Assembly (NCBI GenBank): GCA_030390025.1
Contig: CM059430.1
Coordinates: forward strand, 32,736,001 to 32,800,000
Direction of reading: 5' to 3'
Origin: Squalus acanthias
Taxonomy: Eukaryota
Length of the DNA stretch: 64,000 bases
Under the pieces are notes generated by a model. It did no database searches. It was not told where the DNA came from and saw only the letters and a list, made by a program, of their open reading frames with translations. Below, one piece after another: positions 1-12,318 of the stretch (its first letter is position 1; every line of letters starts with the position of its first letter). The position numbers were made by a program, and so were the translations under genes.

Positions 1-218
1 ATGATCTGGGATAATAGAAGAGTTGTTATCTCACTTCAGATGCTTCCAGTGGCATTCATACATACTATGTTGGGGGGGACCAAATTCATGCATACATAGC
101 ATGAGATGCTCTGCCTGGGCTTCCCTCCACCAGAGCAGCAGCCAGTTTAACTGTATTTATATAGCACCTTTCATGATCTTTCATGACCCTGTGTAATAAA
201 GATGTCATCATAGAGATA

Positions 219-403
219 TGATGTGGAGATGCCAGCGTTGGACTGGGGTGGACAAAAGTGAGAAGTCGCACAACACCAGGTTATAGTCCAACAGTTTTAT
301 TTGAAATCACAAGCTTTCGGAGCGCTGCTCCTTCGTCCTGACGAAAGCTTGTGATTTCAAATAAAGCTGTTGGACTATAACCTGGTGTTGTGCGACTTCT
401 CAC
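219..403. mobile_element. Small palindromic Penelope-derived element, copy 1 (tail-to-tail terminal repeat with hammerhead remnants)
   Basis: About 60-bp inverted arms (258-319 / 342-403). The centre reads GACGAAGGAGCAGCGCTCCGAAAGCTT on the minus strand and CTGACGAAAGCTT on the plus strand. Flanked by direct repeat CATAGAGATA (209-218, 404-413). Confidence 0.8.
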
Positions 404-3065
404 CATAGAGATAGATGTGGAACTGAGATATTTTTTTAAAACAACCAAAATAATTTTTTTTGGCTAGTCACCTACACTGGTAAAGAACCTTGTATCCCTA
501 TGGTAAAATATTTAGCTGGGAATATGCAGCTAATCTAGAATGAGATTAACCCACTTTGTTATCTATCTGGGCCATCATAAACACCCTACTTAAGCCTGTG
601 ATGGGGTTGTCTACTTATTCTTCAGTTCTTCCATGTATCTTGCTCATGCAGTAGCAGATAGACTTCCTGTTGTGGTTCGCATGGAGGAAAATATCACAAT
701 TGAAAAAGACGCTTGCTCTCTAGCTGAAGAAGAAATTCTTACAGAAGTGGTCTTCCTTCTCAAAGCGCTGCCAACAGTGCACTAATATAAAGCCATTTCA
801 CTAGATTAGCTTTGCTGAGCTTTCCTTGGAAAGACTAGTCACAGGGCAAGCAAAGCAGTACCCTACAGAACGGTTATTGCAACCTCTTCACCATGGGCTG
901 GGTGATGCCTTGATCTGGCTTTGGCATCAACCCAACACCCTAAAGGAGTTAACCTTACAGTCAAATCCCCTAGGTCTTCTTCATACTGATGCTGGTTTAA
1001 CATGACACTAGATCTCTACACACCTCAGGAAGTCCCACTCAACAATTGCATTCTTGTACAAGAAATCCAGGTTCTCTGGATAACATTGAAATGACAACAA
1101 ATAAGGTTTGGAATTCATATTTGTTTCTGTTTGCATAACCTTGCATTACATTGTTGTTTGCTGTATGTGTGTATGCTCCCCTTTTAAAATAGAAAAAGCT
1201 TTACATTTTTCTTAAATAAAACAAATTTAAGTGATGCACAGGAGAGAAATATATTTTGCTAAAAACATTTGTGCTCACATAACTATTAGTCAGACATTTC
1301 CAGTAGTCTCTACAATATCTGGTGAAGATCTGCTGGTCTTTGACTCACCTTTAGCATTCCTATAATTTTGGGTCCTTTCCAAATCGAAGAATTGCTTACT
1401 GTGTCATGTCCAAAGTGACCACAAACCTCCACATGCCAAACTTTGTAAAAGATTTTGATAGAAACTTTCAGATTTTTGAAGGCAATCATCCAGGGCATTC
1501 AAGTGTTCATATCACATAAATGGCATTTGTCCTATTTTGATGCCTACTGCATTTCCTAAAGATTTTAATATAATGGTAAAATCAGTTCGATGGGGGCATT
1601 ACCTCATCATATATGCTTTTCCCTAAGGATCAATAAGCTTATTTATCATTTTTCAATGGTTACAGAATAATTTATTTTTAAAAACCTACACAGTTAACAC
1701 ACAACAGATCTCAGCCCCTGAAGATTAATTTCTTCAAAAAGGTTACCTGTTCTCTAAAACCCAACATGCAGGGGGGCCTGTTGTGTAAAGCCACCTTGAA
1801 CGTAGTTCTGGAATTGTCATTAAATCTACTATAGAATTTTCAACTTTTTTGTATGTTTACTATTTGGAGCGGTGAGGCTCTGACTCACCCCGATCATTGT
1901 ACTGTGCTACACATGTGGCCTGTGAGCTACTGGTGCATTTATAGTGTTTGTTATTTTAATTCAGAAGTATATTTTGTGATGTTACATAAGTTCTGTTCTC
2001 TAAAGCCTAAAACTAGGATGAACTCAGATACATTCTCTGAGGATGACTCAGTCCAAGCCCGGCCAAAAAATATGATATTCAGTCAAATGCAGATTTAACT
2101 TAACTTGGATCACTTTTATTCAGCATGATCTGTCTTTTGACAAACTAATGCATGTACAGATGAAGTAGGACAATTATCCAGGTTTTGCACATTCTGCACA
2201 GTTTCAATGACATTTGCTTTGTATCATAAGAAAAAGGCACTTCTAGCTGTCTCAGGGCTTCTGGTGGGAGCTTGAAAAGAGTCCTTGGGATGCTTAGAAT
2301 TTTAATCTTTGACTACAAATCTATGTGTTAGTGTTTGTTTCCATAGTGACAAATTGTGCCCTGTACCTGGTTCCGAGAGGGATTTGTACCTGATGTTTTG
2401 CCTGTATTTTGTCTGTGCATTCATCCTTAGAGGTGATGGAAAATATCCCTCTGAATAGCTGGTTGTTGGTACGTTTGGGTTCACAGAACAGCTGACCTTT
2501 TTGGTGAAGCTCAGATGGAATGAGATTTTGGCAGAGAGTGCAATTCTTTTTTTCTACTTGTGAATGTGGGACTTAGGATTGGGGGGAGTTAGTCCTAATT
2601 AAGCTTTTCAAAGACTTTTTGGTAGTTTTTTTTTTAACCTGACTTCTAAGGGGAGGAGTTAAAGCCATCCTGAAATCTGCTGTTATGGGAGAATGACTCG
2701 ATGCAGTGACTGTGCTATATACACCTATACATTTACATTAGAAAGGGAGGGGTGGAAAAAAAGGCACTGCAATCTCTTCACTGTTCTAAATGTTCAAAAA
2801 TTGCTTCTGTAGAAACAAAAGTTGCTAAACTTTGCAAGGAGGTGAAAGAGTTAAAATATTTGGTCGATTGTGATGTTTTCTTTGGCAGATTTGTAGCTGT
2901 TTCTCTGAATACTTGCAGCTGCATCTAGTTCACATTATAATTCTTTTAAAACTACTAACTGTTTTTCTTGTTTTGAGTCAAATTAACTGTTCTCAGGTAC
3001 CTGAGGACATTTCTTGGCTTCTCAACAGTTCATCTGATATTTCTATCTCTACCAGTCTGAAAAAC

Positions 3066-3150
3066 GTGAGAAGTCGCACGACACCAGGTTATAGTCCAAC
3101 AGTTTTATTTGAAATCACAAGCTTTCGGAGCTGCTGCACCTTGATCTCCG
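3066..3150. mobile_element. Small Penelope-derived element, copy 2 (single arm)
   Basis: Same arm sequence GTGAGAAGTCGCAC...AAGCTTTCGG; 13-bp TSD CAGTCTGAAAAAC (3053-3065, 3151-3163). Confidence 0.8.
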
Positions 3151-3429
3151 CAGTCTGAAAAACATTCACAAAGCCGGAAAGGAAAGGAAGGACAGGGTTA
3201 CATCAGCTGCAATCTCCAGAATAATTAAGTACAATGGTAAGTAATAGAGCCTTGCGTTTTAGAGACTCCATTCTGAGACATGCTGGTAATGAGATGTGCA
3301 GAGGAAGGTCATTTCAGTAGGGCAACAATGTGGACTCTGGGAGTAGCATTAAGGATATAGATAGTAGGGTAGATAGTAGTTTACAAATGATGAACCACTA
3401 AAGGTGTGCTTTGATATCTTGATTTTTAT

Positions 3430-4908
3430 TTTAATTTTCTTCTCAGGATATGCACAACAATGGAAAAGCCACATTTTTATTGCCCATTCTTAGTTGCCTT
3501 AAGAAGGTGGTCATGGATCGTCTCCTTGAACCACTGCAGTTGCTTTGCTGATGGTGCTGCCACAATGGTGTTGGCTCAGCAATGATGTAGGAGTGGCAGT
3601 ATATGTTCAAGTCAGGATAGTGTGTGATTTGGAGGAGAACTGGCGTTTCAATGATATTACTGATCTTATCCTGCCTGGTGGTAGAAGTTAGGAGCTGCTG
3701 TTGAAGTAACCTTGATAAATTGCTGTAGTGTATCCTGTAGATATTACATACTGCAGCCACAGTGTGCCAGTAATGGAGGGTAGCTATTGAGTCCAGTGGT
3801 AGGAGCACCAGACAAGCAAGCTACTCTATGCTGGATGGTACAGAGCGGAGTGTTGTTGCACCTGCACCCAAACAGACGACCAATGTTCCCTCTAAAATTT
3901 TGTTGTTGTGCGTGGCCAGATTTTCTCAATGCGCAATACCTTTAAATTTTTTGTGCGGCCACTGCGTGGTATCTGAGAGCTTGTGCGTGGTCTGCGCTGT
4001 ACCTTCAGGATTGCTGCACGCCCGCGGGCAGCTTCGAGGAAACATTGCAGGTGACTGGTGAGTATTCCATCAGACTCCTGATTTGTGCCTTGTAGATGGT
4101 GGAGAGGCTTTCAGGGGTTCAGAGGAGAGCCAATTGTTACAGTGCACCCAGCCTCTGACCGGCTCGTGTAGCCATATTGTTTATATGGTTGGACCAGTTA
4201 AACTTCTGATCATTGGTGACCTCCAGGATGTTGATGGTGGTGCCATTGAAGATCAGGGGAGGTAGTTGGGCGTTTTTTTGTTGAAGTTAGTCATTACCTG
4301 GTGCTTATGTTATCTGGCATGTGTCAGATCTTACTGCAGACTGGCAGGGCTGCTTCATTATTGGAGGAGTTGTAAATACAGTTGAACACTCTAGAATCAT
4401 CAGTGAACTGCTCACATATGACCTTATGATGGAGGCAAGGTCACTGTAGAAACAGCTGAAGATTGTTGGGCAAAGAGCATTCCTGGAGCAACGTACTGAG
4501 GCTTCAATGATTGAAATCCAACAGCCACAATCATCTTCCTTTGTGTCAGGTATGACTGCAGCTTTGACCTCCCAGTTTTGCTAGGGCTCCTGGGTATCAG
4601 ACTCGGTCATACCCTGCCTTGATGTTGAGGACTGCTACTCTCACCTCACTTATGGCATTCAACTCTTGCATGCATGCCTGGATCAAGGATATGACAAGAT
4701 TTGAAGCCGACAGCTTCTGGAAGAACCTGAACTGAGCATCAGCGAGCAGTGAGCTGTTGCTTGATGGCAGTGTTGATGATTCCTTCCATTATTTTACTGA
4801 TTACTAGAAGGACGTGGATAGGGTGGTAATTGACCTGGTTATATTTGCCTTAATTTTTGTGGATAAGACATACCTACACAATTTTTAACATTGTTGGGTA
4901 AATGCCAG
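3430..4908 (-). mobile_element. Degenerate 5'-truncated LINE (RT and 3' tail), same family as 56379-59613
   Basis: ORF 3443-3808 (HTVAAVCNIYRIHYSNLSRLLQQ) matches ORF 56631-56960 (RTVAAVCTIYKMHCSNSPRLLRQ); colinear nucleotide similarity. Confidence 0.85.
3881..4047. mobile_element. hAT-like MITE (167 bp) nested in the LINE
   Basis: TIR CAATGTTCCCTC / GAGGAAACATTG; imperfect 8-bp TSD CAGACGAC / CAGGTGAC. Confidence 0.65.
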
Positions 4909-4987
4909 AACAAAATAACAGTCAATTACATATTTTAGAACTAGAGTCATAACCATTACATAACTGTGCTAATGCATTATTTCACTA

Positions 4988-5935
4988 GCACAAATTTCCT
5001 GTGGCAGGGCAATGAATGGCGCCCGCTAGTCGTTAGGCTTGTCTTGGTCCGATTAATGTCGACAATATTTTGCCCTGCTGGAAGTGAGAGATGGAAATGA
5101 CCCGGTGCCCTCTACCAGGCATCTGGGATCTGCATGAACAGGGCAAGCAACTGTGTATCTCCTTAACCAATCAGATTAAAAGTTTCTGAAATTATCAGCG
5201 CAAGGACTGAGAAGGAAGTGTAAGTTAGAATGGGTCAATTCAATGTCAAATCAGCTACAGAAAGAGAGACCAAGAGAAAAAAGGGACAGAAAGAAAAAGT
5301 GAAAAAAATTTTTTTTTTAAAAACCTCTGACAACAATTAATACGAGAAGTTGCACAACACCAGGTTATAGTCCAACAGATTTATTTAAAATTACAAGCTT
5401 TCAGAGCGCTGCTCCTTCGTCATTGTAACTTTACCTGAGGAAGGGGCGACAGCTCCAAAAGCTTGTAATTTTAAATAAATCTGTTGGACTATAACCTGGC
5501 GTTGTGCGACTTCTCATTTTTGTCCACCCCAGTCCAACGCCGGCATCTCCGCATCATGACAATTAATACCTGAAGGAATGAGACTCCACACTTGTAATAG
5601 TTAGTTTTCAGTGCCAGAGAGGTTGACTAGCAGTAATCAACACTTACCACATGTTAAAAGGGTACTTAAACTTGAAATGACTTGACTTAACTTTCTGTGG
5701 TGAGTTTACTTCGTATCTACTGCACAACTACAGTAATTTCACACCACTCAATGCATTTGAATGGGGAGCCGTTTTCGCGAAGCTAACTGCGGACTGGCGT
5801 ATCTCGGACAGCAACTTTTCGATTTCCATGTTTAATTGTGCATCTGCCCTCGCCTGAAGTTGCTGTGACATTTACACATAAATAACGGCAAGCGTTATTA
5901 GCCTCACCATTATTTTGGCAGCAAAATTTGGGCCA
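4988..5935. mobile_element. Old Harbinger-like non-autonomous TIR element
   Basis: Right end CAGCAAAATTTGGGCC resembles the GGSCC..AATT termini of other MITEs here; left end degenerate. Confidence 0.4.
5344..5558. mobile_element. Small palindromic Penelope-derived element, copy 3
   Basis: Inverted arms about 5344-5402 / 5458-5515; hammerhead-like CTGAGGA-AGGGGCGACAGCTCC-AAAAGCTT; 11-bp TSD ACAATTAATAC (5333-5343, 5559-5569). Confidence 0.85.
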
Positions 5936-5989
5936 TTATGTATAAATAGTTCAATTGTCAGAAAAGTGGAGACAAGTATAAAACAGCAG

Positions 5990-6690
5990 AGGACATTTAA
6001 AGCCAGTATTAGGAATGCAAAAATGGAATTAGAACTAAAAGATAGTGCACAATTGCAGCAGTGATGGCAAAGCTTTCTTCAGCTAGAATTCAAAACTCAA
6101 TCGAGTGCTGCATTGATCCTTTGAAGAGTTTGTCAGGACAGGTTAGATATGAAGATAAAGATACAGCTGAAGAGCTAACTAGATACTTAGCATCATCATA
6201 AGTGAAAACTGATGCAATGTACTCCGTCTTACAGTATAGAGTCATAGCTAAAATTACTTCTTTATAAGTAAATGGGCAAATGGTTTTAGTTAAGGTTAAT
6301 GTGCTTGCAATTGATGGTGCTGCAGATCTCAATGCCATTTACCCCAGAGTGCTCAGGGACATGGGGAGGTATCATATGTGGGCCACTGGCTCATCTATTC
6401 AATAGCTCATTGACGTCCAGGTAAGAAAGCAGACCCAACGTAGGCCTGTGAGTTTAACTTCAGTATTTGGAAGGCTGTTAGAAAGTATTGTGCAGAATGT
6501 GATTGATTGACCACTTTGAGAGTTTGGCAGTTGTTAAAAATACCAAGCATGGTTTTAGGAAACGCAACTTCTGTCTCAGTAACCTGACTGAGTTCTTTGA
6601 GGTATTAACTGGAATGGTGGAATGAGATAGTCTGGTTGATACTGTATACCTCAACTTCCAAAAAGCACTTGAAGTACCACACGGACAACT
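5990..6690 (+). mobile_element. Highly degenerate CR1 LINE ORF2 fragment
   Basis: Remnants of RPVSLTS, QHGF, NLTEFFE and YLNFQKA coding motifs. Confidence 0.6.
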
Positions 6691-7900
6691 ATTAGGAACA
6701 TAGGAATTACTAGATAATCTAGTTCATCGTCTTTTCTAGTGAAAAATGTAAATTGTTGACCCTTTAGCACTGACTCCCCAACCAAAGGAAATAGTCTTTC
6801 CTTATTCACCCTATCAAAATCCTTCAGCATTTTTAAACTCTCTATGAAATCTCCTCTTAGCTGCCTTCTGCTCCAGTGGAAATAATCCCAGTATCTCGAG
6901 CCTTTCCTCATAACTATAATTTCTCATCCCTGATGAATCATTGGGCCAAAAATTCGGCACTTGCCGGGTGAGTACGCACTGTGTACTCACCCGTAAGGCC
7001 TCCTGAAGTGCCGGTTTCCTGCATGCACTGCGCATGCGTGGGAAACCGGAACTTCCGGTCTCGTGAAGGGAGGGGTTGAGAGGTGAACCACGTGTGCGGG
7101 AGAGGCTGCGCGTGCGCAGCAAACTTACGTTTTTTTTCAGGTTTCTCCGGGAGGTAAGTATGGAAGAAGCTGCGCTTTTAAAAAGGAGGCGCAAGACCCG
7201 TTTTTAACAAGGTAAGTGGTTAATTAATTACAATTTTAAAAAAATTTCAACAGGTTTATCTTTTTTAGATACTTTAAAGAAAGGTAAGTTTATTTTTAGC
7301 ACTGTTAAAAAGTATTTTAATTTTGTCAAATTTAAATTTTTGTTTAAAGTAGTTAATTTATTTAACTTAGTTATTTTAAAAGTGTGATGGTTTTTAAAAA
7401 AAAATTATTTGAAGTTTAGGTGTTGTTTTGGGGCCGATTTCAATTCATAGATGTGACAGGTCTTCCTGTCAAATCTATGAATGAAAGATGGTCTGCTGCC
7501 ATTGGCTCTCCATGGCCCACGTGATCCCAGGGGACGCATCGCACTAACTACGCCCCTGGGATACACAAGCACTGCGCGCCGGCAGCTGCAGGAGGCCCAG
7601 GAGCTGAAGTCCACGTGGGCCCAGAGGTCAACGGCAGGCACGGTAGGTAGGTGCGCGCGGGATCCTTGCACCTGCGGTAAGCCAGGGAGCCTAATTTCTG
7701 GGCCTATGTTTTACGCTCTCAATGACTCAAATGTCCTTTCTATAATGGAGTTCCCAAAACTGGACACTGTATTTTAACTGTGGCCGAACTATTGCCTTGT
7801 TCAAATGTATCATTATCTATTTGTTCTTGAATTCTAGGCCCCTACTTATAAAACCAAAAATGCTTTTGACCATTCTTCTGGCTTTATCTACACTCACAGA
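6691..7900 (-). mobile_element. CR1 LINE 3' fragment interrupted by MITE-A
   Basis: ORF remnants YEERLEILGLFPLEQ and RRQLRGDFIE; similarity resumes after 7705. Confidence 0.7.
6943..7704 (+). mobile_element. MITE-A copy 1 (Harbinger-like, about 760 bp)
   Basis: TIR GGGCCAAAAATT / AATTTCTGGGCC; homologous to 19951-20671 and 48001-48752. Confidence 0.85.
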
Positions 7901-7904
7901 AGAA

Positions 7905-8070
7905 TAATTAGAAAAAATTGACACCAAGCCAAAGAAGGAAATATTAGGAGGGGTGATTAAAACCGTGGTCGAAGTGATGGGTATTAAGGGAGGCCTTCAA
8001 AAAGGAGAGGAAAGTACAGAGACCGAGAGGTATAGGGAGGCAATTCCAGAGCTTCGGGTATAGAGGGGTG
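7905..8070 (-). mobile_element. L2 LINE 3' fragment
   Basis: Similar to the L2 3' ends at 24480 and 30207 (AATTGACACCAAGCC...AGGGAGGCAATTCCAGAGC). Confidence 0.6.
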
Positions 8071-8439
8071 ATATAAAGTCCGCTAGGCAGTCAGTTCCAC
8101 ATTTAAATTTATTTTTCACTGTAATTATGAAAAATTGTACAATAGTGGACTTTGCCCCTCTAACGACAGAGTATAATCACCATTGGCTACTGAGGGAAAT
8201 TCAACTCTTTTGCTTTTAATATTTTTGTTCCATGTGTCAGAAAGAAGTTGTATAAATTGAACAAAATATGAGTGTTGACTTATATCACAATAAATCAATT
8301 CAGAGAGTAAGCAACTGCCCCTTCAGCATCTCCCCACAATTTATTTTATTGGAAGTCTTTACTCCTTTTTATTTATTCACTATATGCACGAGTTAATTCT
8401 GTTGAGACAAAAAGGTATATAACAAGGATATATGACAAG

Positions 8440-9800
8440 CATCTGTTAGGTACCAGATGAATTCAACAGGCATATTTGACAGAATAAGGTCATTATGATG
8501 CATAAAGGCTGGAAAAATCTGGGTCATAAGTATACAATGAATGAAACCGAATTAGCAGAAGAGATTTAGAAAGCGACCTGGGAATGATAGTAGACGTATC
8601 ACTTTAACTTTCAGGGAGAAATTTTCCTCCATGATCTCGCCCAAAATCGGGGATGGTGGGGGGTGGGAGAAAGTGGCAGAGAATGCTGGAAAACTCAAGC
8701 GGTGAGGCTAACTGTTGCCTCGCTGCCCAACTGGGATCTCCCTCCCCTCCCTACCAGACTGCTATGGCCTACTTCTTCCTTGGCTGTCATGCATAAATGG
8801 CAGTAGGGGCACGGGGCCCAGGGTCCTCGCGGATTTTTCTGATCTCCACCACACTTGCCTCCGGTTCCCATGGCTGCCATGTGGAAGGTGGCGGTAGACC
8901 CCAGCAAGTGGCAGTAAATTTCCAAATGAAGAGACCATGTAGTGGTCTGCTCTCCTCCAAGACAGCCCCAGAGATTTACTGGCTGATGACCTTGATCTCA
9001 AGCTAGGCCTTCAGTGGGAGGTGTAGTTTTGATCTTCAGGGCACACCTGCCCTTTCAAGTCCTTCATCGGATCGTCAGTGTCCCTGCTGCAGCATCACGG
9101 GAATTTCCTCACTGTTATTGGCAGGCTCCCTCTTGACAGCAAGAATCCCACTGGGAGCCCAGCAAGCATTTCTAATGAACCCTGACCAAGAAAAATGGGT
9201 CGGGGCTCAGGCAAAACGGTGCCCCAAAAATGAGAATCCAGGTCTCCTGTCTAGAGACTGTGGCAAAACAATGAAAAGAGCTATTAGAATGTTCGAATAT
9301 ACAGCCGGAATAGTAGAATCCAAGGCTACAGAAGTTCTGGTAATGTTTTACATGTGCTAATCAAACCACACAAAGTATTGAGTTCATTTTTGGTCACCAT
9401 GCCACAATACAAATATATATGTATTGGAGAGGGTACAGAGAACAAGGCTGATTCGAAGCAAAAAAAAGTGAATGAACTGTAAGGAAATATTAGATAAAGT
9501 TAATCTTTACACTCTAATGTAAAAGGTAGTTAAGAGGCGACCCCATCAAAATATACTAAATATTGTACATAAAAGTAAACCCAGATTATTACTCAGAAAA
9601 GTAGGACCAAAGGACACAAATGGTAAAGAAGATATTAAGAAAAACTTCTTTACTCAGAGTAGCAGCTGCTTGAAATGGTTTGCCACATTGGGTAGTAGAG
9701 ACAAAACACTGGGTTTGTTCAAGATACATTGGATTTTATGGTGGGGATGTTAGAGGAGCTAAATGGTATTTTCTTATCTCTGTTTCTTCTCATGTTCTTA
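8440..9800 (+). mobile_element. Degenerate CR1 3' region interrupted by a TIR element at about 8614-9244
   Basis: CR1 C-terminal remnants (FWSP, LERVQR, KNFFTQ). The GC-richer insert has degenerate GGGAGAAATTTTC / GAGAATCCAGGTC ends. Confidence 0.55.
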
Positions 9801-10663
9801 ACATTGTGCCCATTATTTAAATATTGCATCCATTCTGTGTCCTCATGCTTACTGTTTAGATCTTAAATGTAAAGATAACAATATTTTAAAATGTGATGGA
9901 AAATTGCACAGCAACAGTTAACTTGATTCACATTGTGAAATGACACCATGATGTCATTGAGTGCTGTGGGGTTATAAATACAACATTAAAGCTGAAGTCA
10001 GTATTTTGATCTTGTATCATACCTTACCACAGAGATGAACAATGCAATGGTATAAATCAAAGTACTGTATTTAGAAGAATGCCAAGCATCGATGTATAAT
10101 CACTGACGCAATGGTAGTTAATTTGATAACATATCACCACACAATAATATTTCATGAGTACTTTAATATATACTTCAACAAAAGGCAAATGTTGGTTGGG
10201 TGATCATGTGGCATCCTAAAGAGGCACTGCTTTCATTTCATCAGTGTCTGCATTTGGACGGAGATTTGAACCAGACTGAAAACCTGAAGTACCCTGAATT
10301 GGGGTGCATGGTCTCCATAATGCTCAGCATCAATTTGAAGGGTTGGCATGTGTCTAATTTATGTGCCACCTGGTGATAGTCTGGCAGTGAATTACATCTG
10401 ATTTTTGGCATTCCGGTGGGTGTCTGCAGGGTTTAATCTGTCTAAAATCCTAGCAGTCTAGTTGTAATCTTGAGGTGTGGGGGGTGGGGCATTGCATGTG
10501 CTTAATCTGTCTGGTGGTGGAGTGGGGTTTGGGGGGGGGGGGGGGGGGTGGTGGTGGTGGTGGAAAGAAAGGAGGAGGACTATACCCATCTTATGCCCTA
10601 GTAATGCTGGAGGCAATATATGCCTCATTTATTTGTGGTTCAGTCTTTTTTAAATAGTCAAGA

Positions 10664-12318
10664 TGTAAGGTTTCCAAAATTTACAGATCCCCAAAACCTA
10701 AGGAAAAAGGACTTTGGAACTACTTCAGAGTGATAAAAACGCATTTGGGCCTAACCTAAGGAATTTAAGACCAAAAACCAAGTTTTGGCATTTTAAAAAC
10801 ATGTCTGGGCCTGTAAAGGGACAAGGAGGTGGGGTCGACCCCTGTAAAAGCAGTTTGGCTATTGCAGTTATTTACACTGCCTGGGGAACCAGGATGACCT
10901 CACTCAAGCCCCAGCTGGCATTAACATTTGAATAGACCCAGGGAAAAGACAGTCCCACCCAAAATACAGGCCCCATCAAAACCGATTACAGGGCCCATCA
11001 GAAACATGCATAATAAAAACCACTCAGACCCATTCTATAGAAAGACCGAGTCCAGCCTAAAAAACCAAACACGAAACCAATCACCAGTGATCAACCACGG
11101 AAATCGTCAGGATGCGAGTCATCCCAAAAACCATTTCACACTTACAGAGCAGTTACTGGTAACGAGCCCGCCAACACCTTATAAAGAGTAAGACAAGATT
11201 TGGCGCGCAGATAAGGCCATGTTCAATGGGTGAGATTGAAGGCCTGTTCAAAACCAGTTAACACGCTAGTAAAGTCGTTACCGTTGATGAGCCCACCAAA
11301 ACCAGACAATGAACTGAGCAGATTTGGCGGGCAGATAAGGCCACTTCAATTTGGTATAATTGAAGGCCTGTTAAGCGGTTCGACAGTCGGGTCATCAGCA
11401 TCACACACACAGTCGAGTGTGGAGACAAGGAGCATCATCACAGACCCAAGTCGAGCTGGAAGCGAGTCGGCATCGCTCACCACTCAGACACACCTGAGTC
11501 CACCTCGTGAAGATACCACCTCGACGGACCTCCAACAACGGTCCTAACACAGTCACCCGGAGCAACAAGCCAAAAAGCCACCAATGGCTCCACAAGGTCG
11601 ACCGACAGACTAGACAAGGCCTAAAACCATTGTGGAAACCAAAGGCCTCACAAAACCAACAACCGCATGTTACCCCCAACTGACCGGGTGATAGCAGGCC
11701 ACCGCGACCAACAAAGACCAACTCAAGGGAAGAAAACCCGAAGAACCGCAAAGTTTCCACTCTACAAACTACTCCTGACTTACCCCAGGGTAAGATTTTC
11801 CCAAAGACTCTAAACCCTATTGCTAACCAAAAGAAATTGGGTACTCACCAGATAAATCCAAACCGACATCCTACCGCATCAGCGGACTCGCGAAGACTGA
11901 CCAGATACGCAGGTGAAGTCCTCTACCGCGTACGGGGTACGGCAGACACTAACCGCCATAAACAACGAACCCCAAAACCGCGATTTAGCCGAACTGTCAA
12001 AGGATTGGTGAGCATTATCCCTGGTCCTTCAAAACCTAACTTAGCTAGGAAAGTGGGGTTGGGAGGGGTGAAGTATTGTTCTACTGTCATTTCCCTCGCT
12101 TGTACCGAAGTGTTCCCCATCTTTAGAGTGTTAAGAGTGTTATTATTTGTGTTTTACCTTTTTAATAAAGATTGAAGTTCTTTCATCAAACTCAGTTGTC
12201 TGCTGCACCTTTTATCACAACCCCCAAATAAGTCCAAGGTCTAGAACCAAGGGAGTGGGAGCGATTCGAACCGCTCAGAAGTCAGAGGTGAAGCTGACAC
12301 AAACCACCACCCCCTACA
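10664..12318 (+). mobile_element. Solo LTR A (1655 bp), ERV- or Gypsy-type
   Basis: TGTAAGG...CCCTACA termini; AATAAA at 12164; homologous to 61196-62879; AGAT flanks both sides (left copy overlaps the first T). Confidence 0.85.

Noticed and set aside
10521-10563. Poly-G/(GGT)n tract (also 25464-25490, 51166-51185)
   Set aside because: Simple repeats common in such genomes; no evidence of function.
11230-12175. ORFs inside the solo LTRs as accessory genes
   Set aside because: Frames are only partly shared between copies and no motifs are recognisable; the similarity reflects DNA homology.
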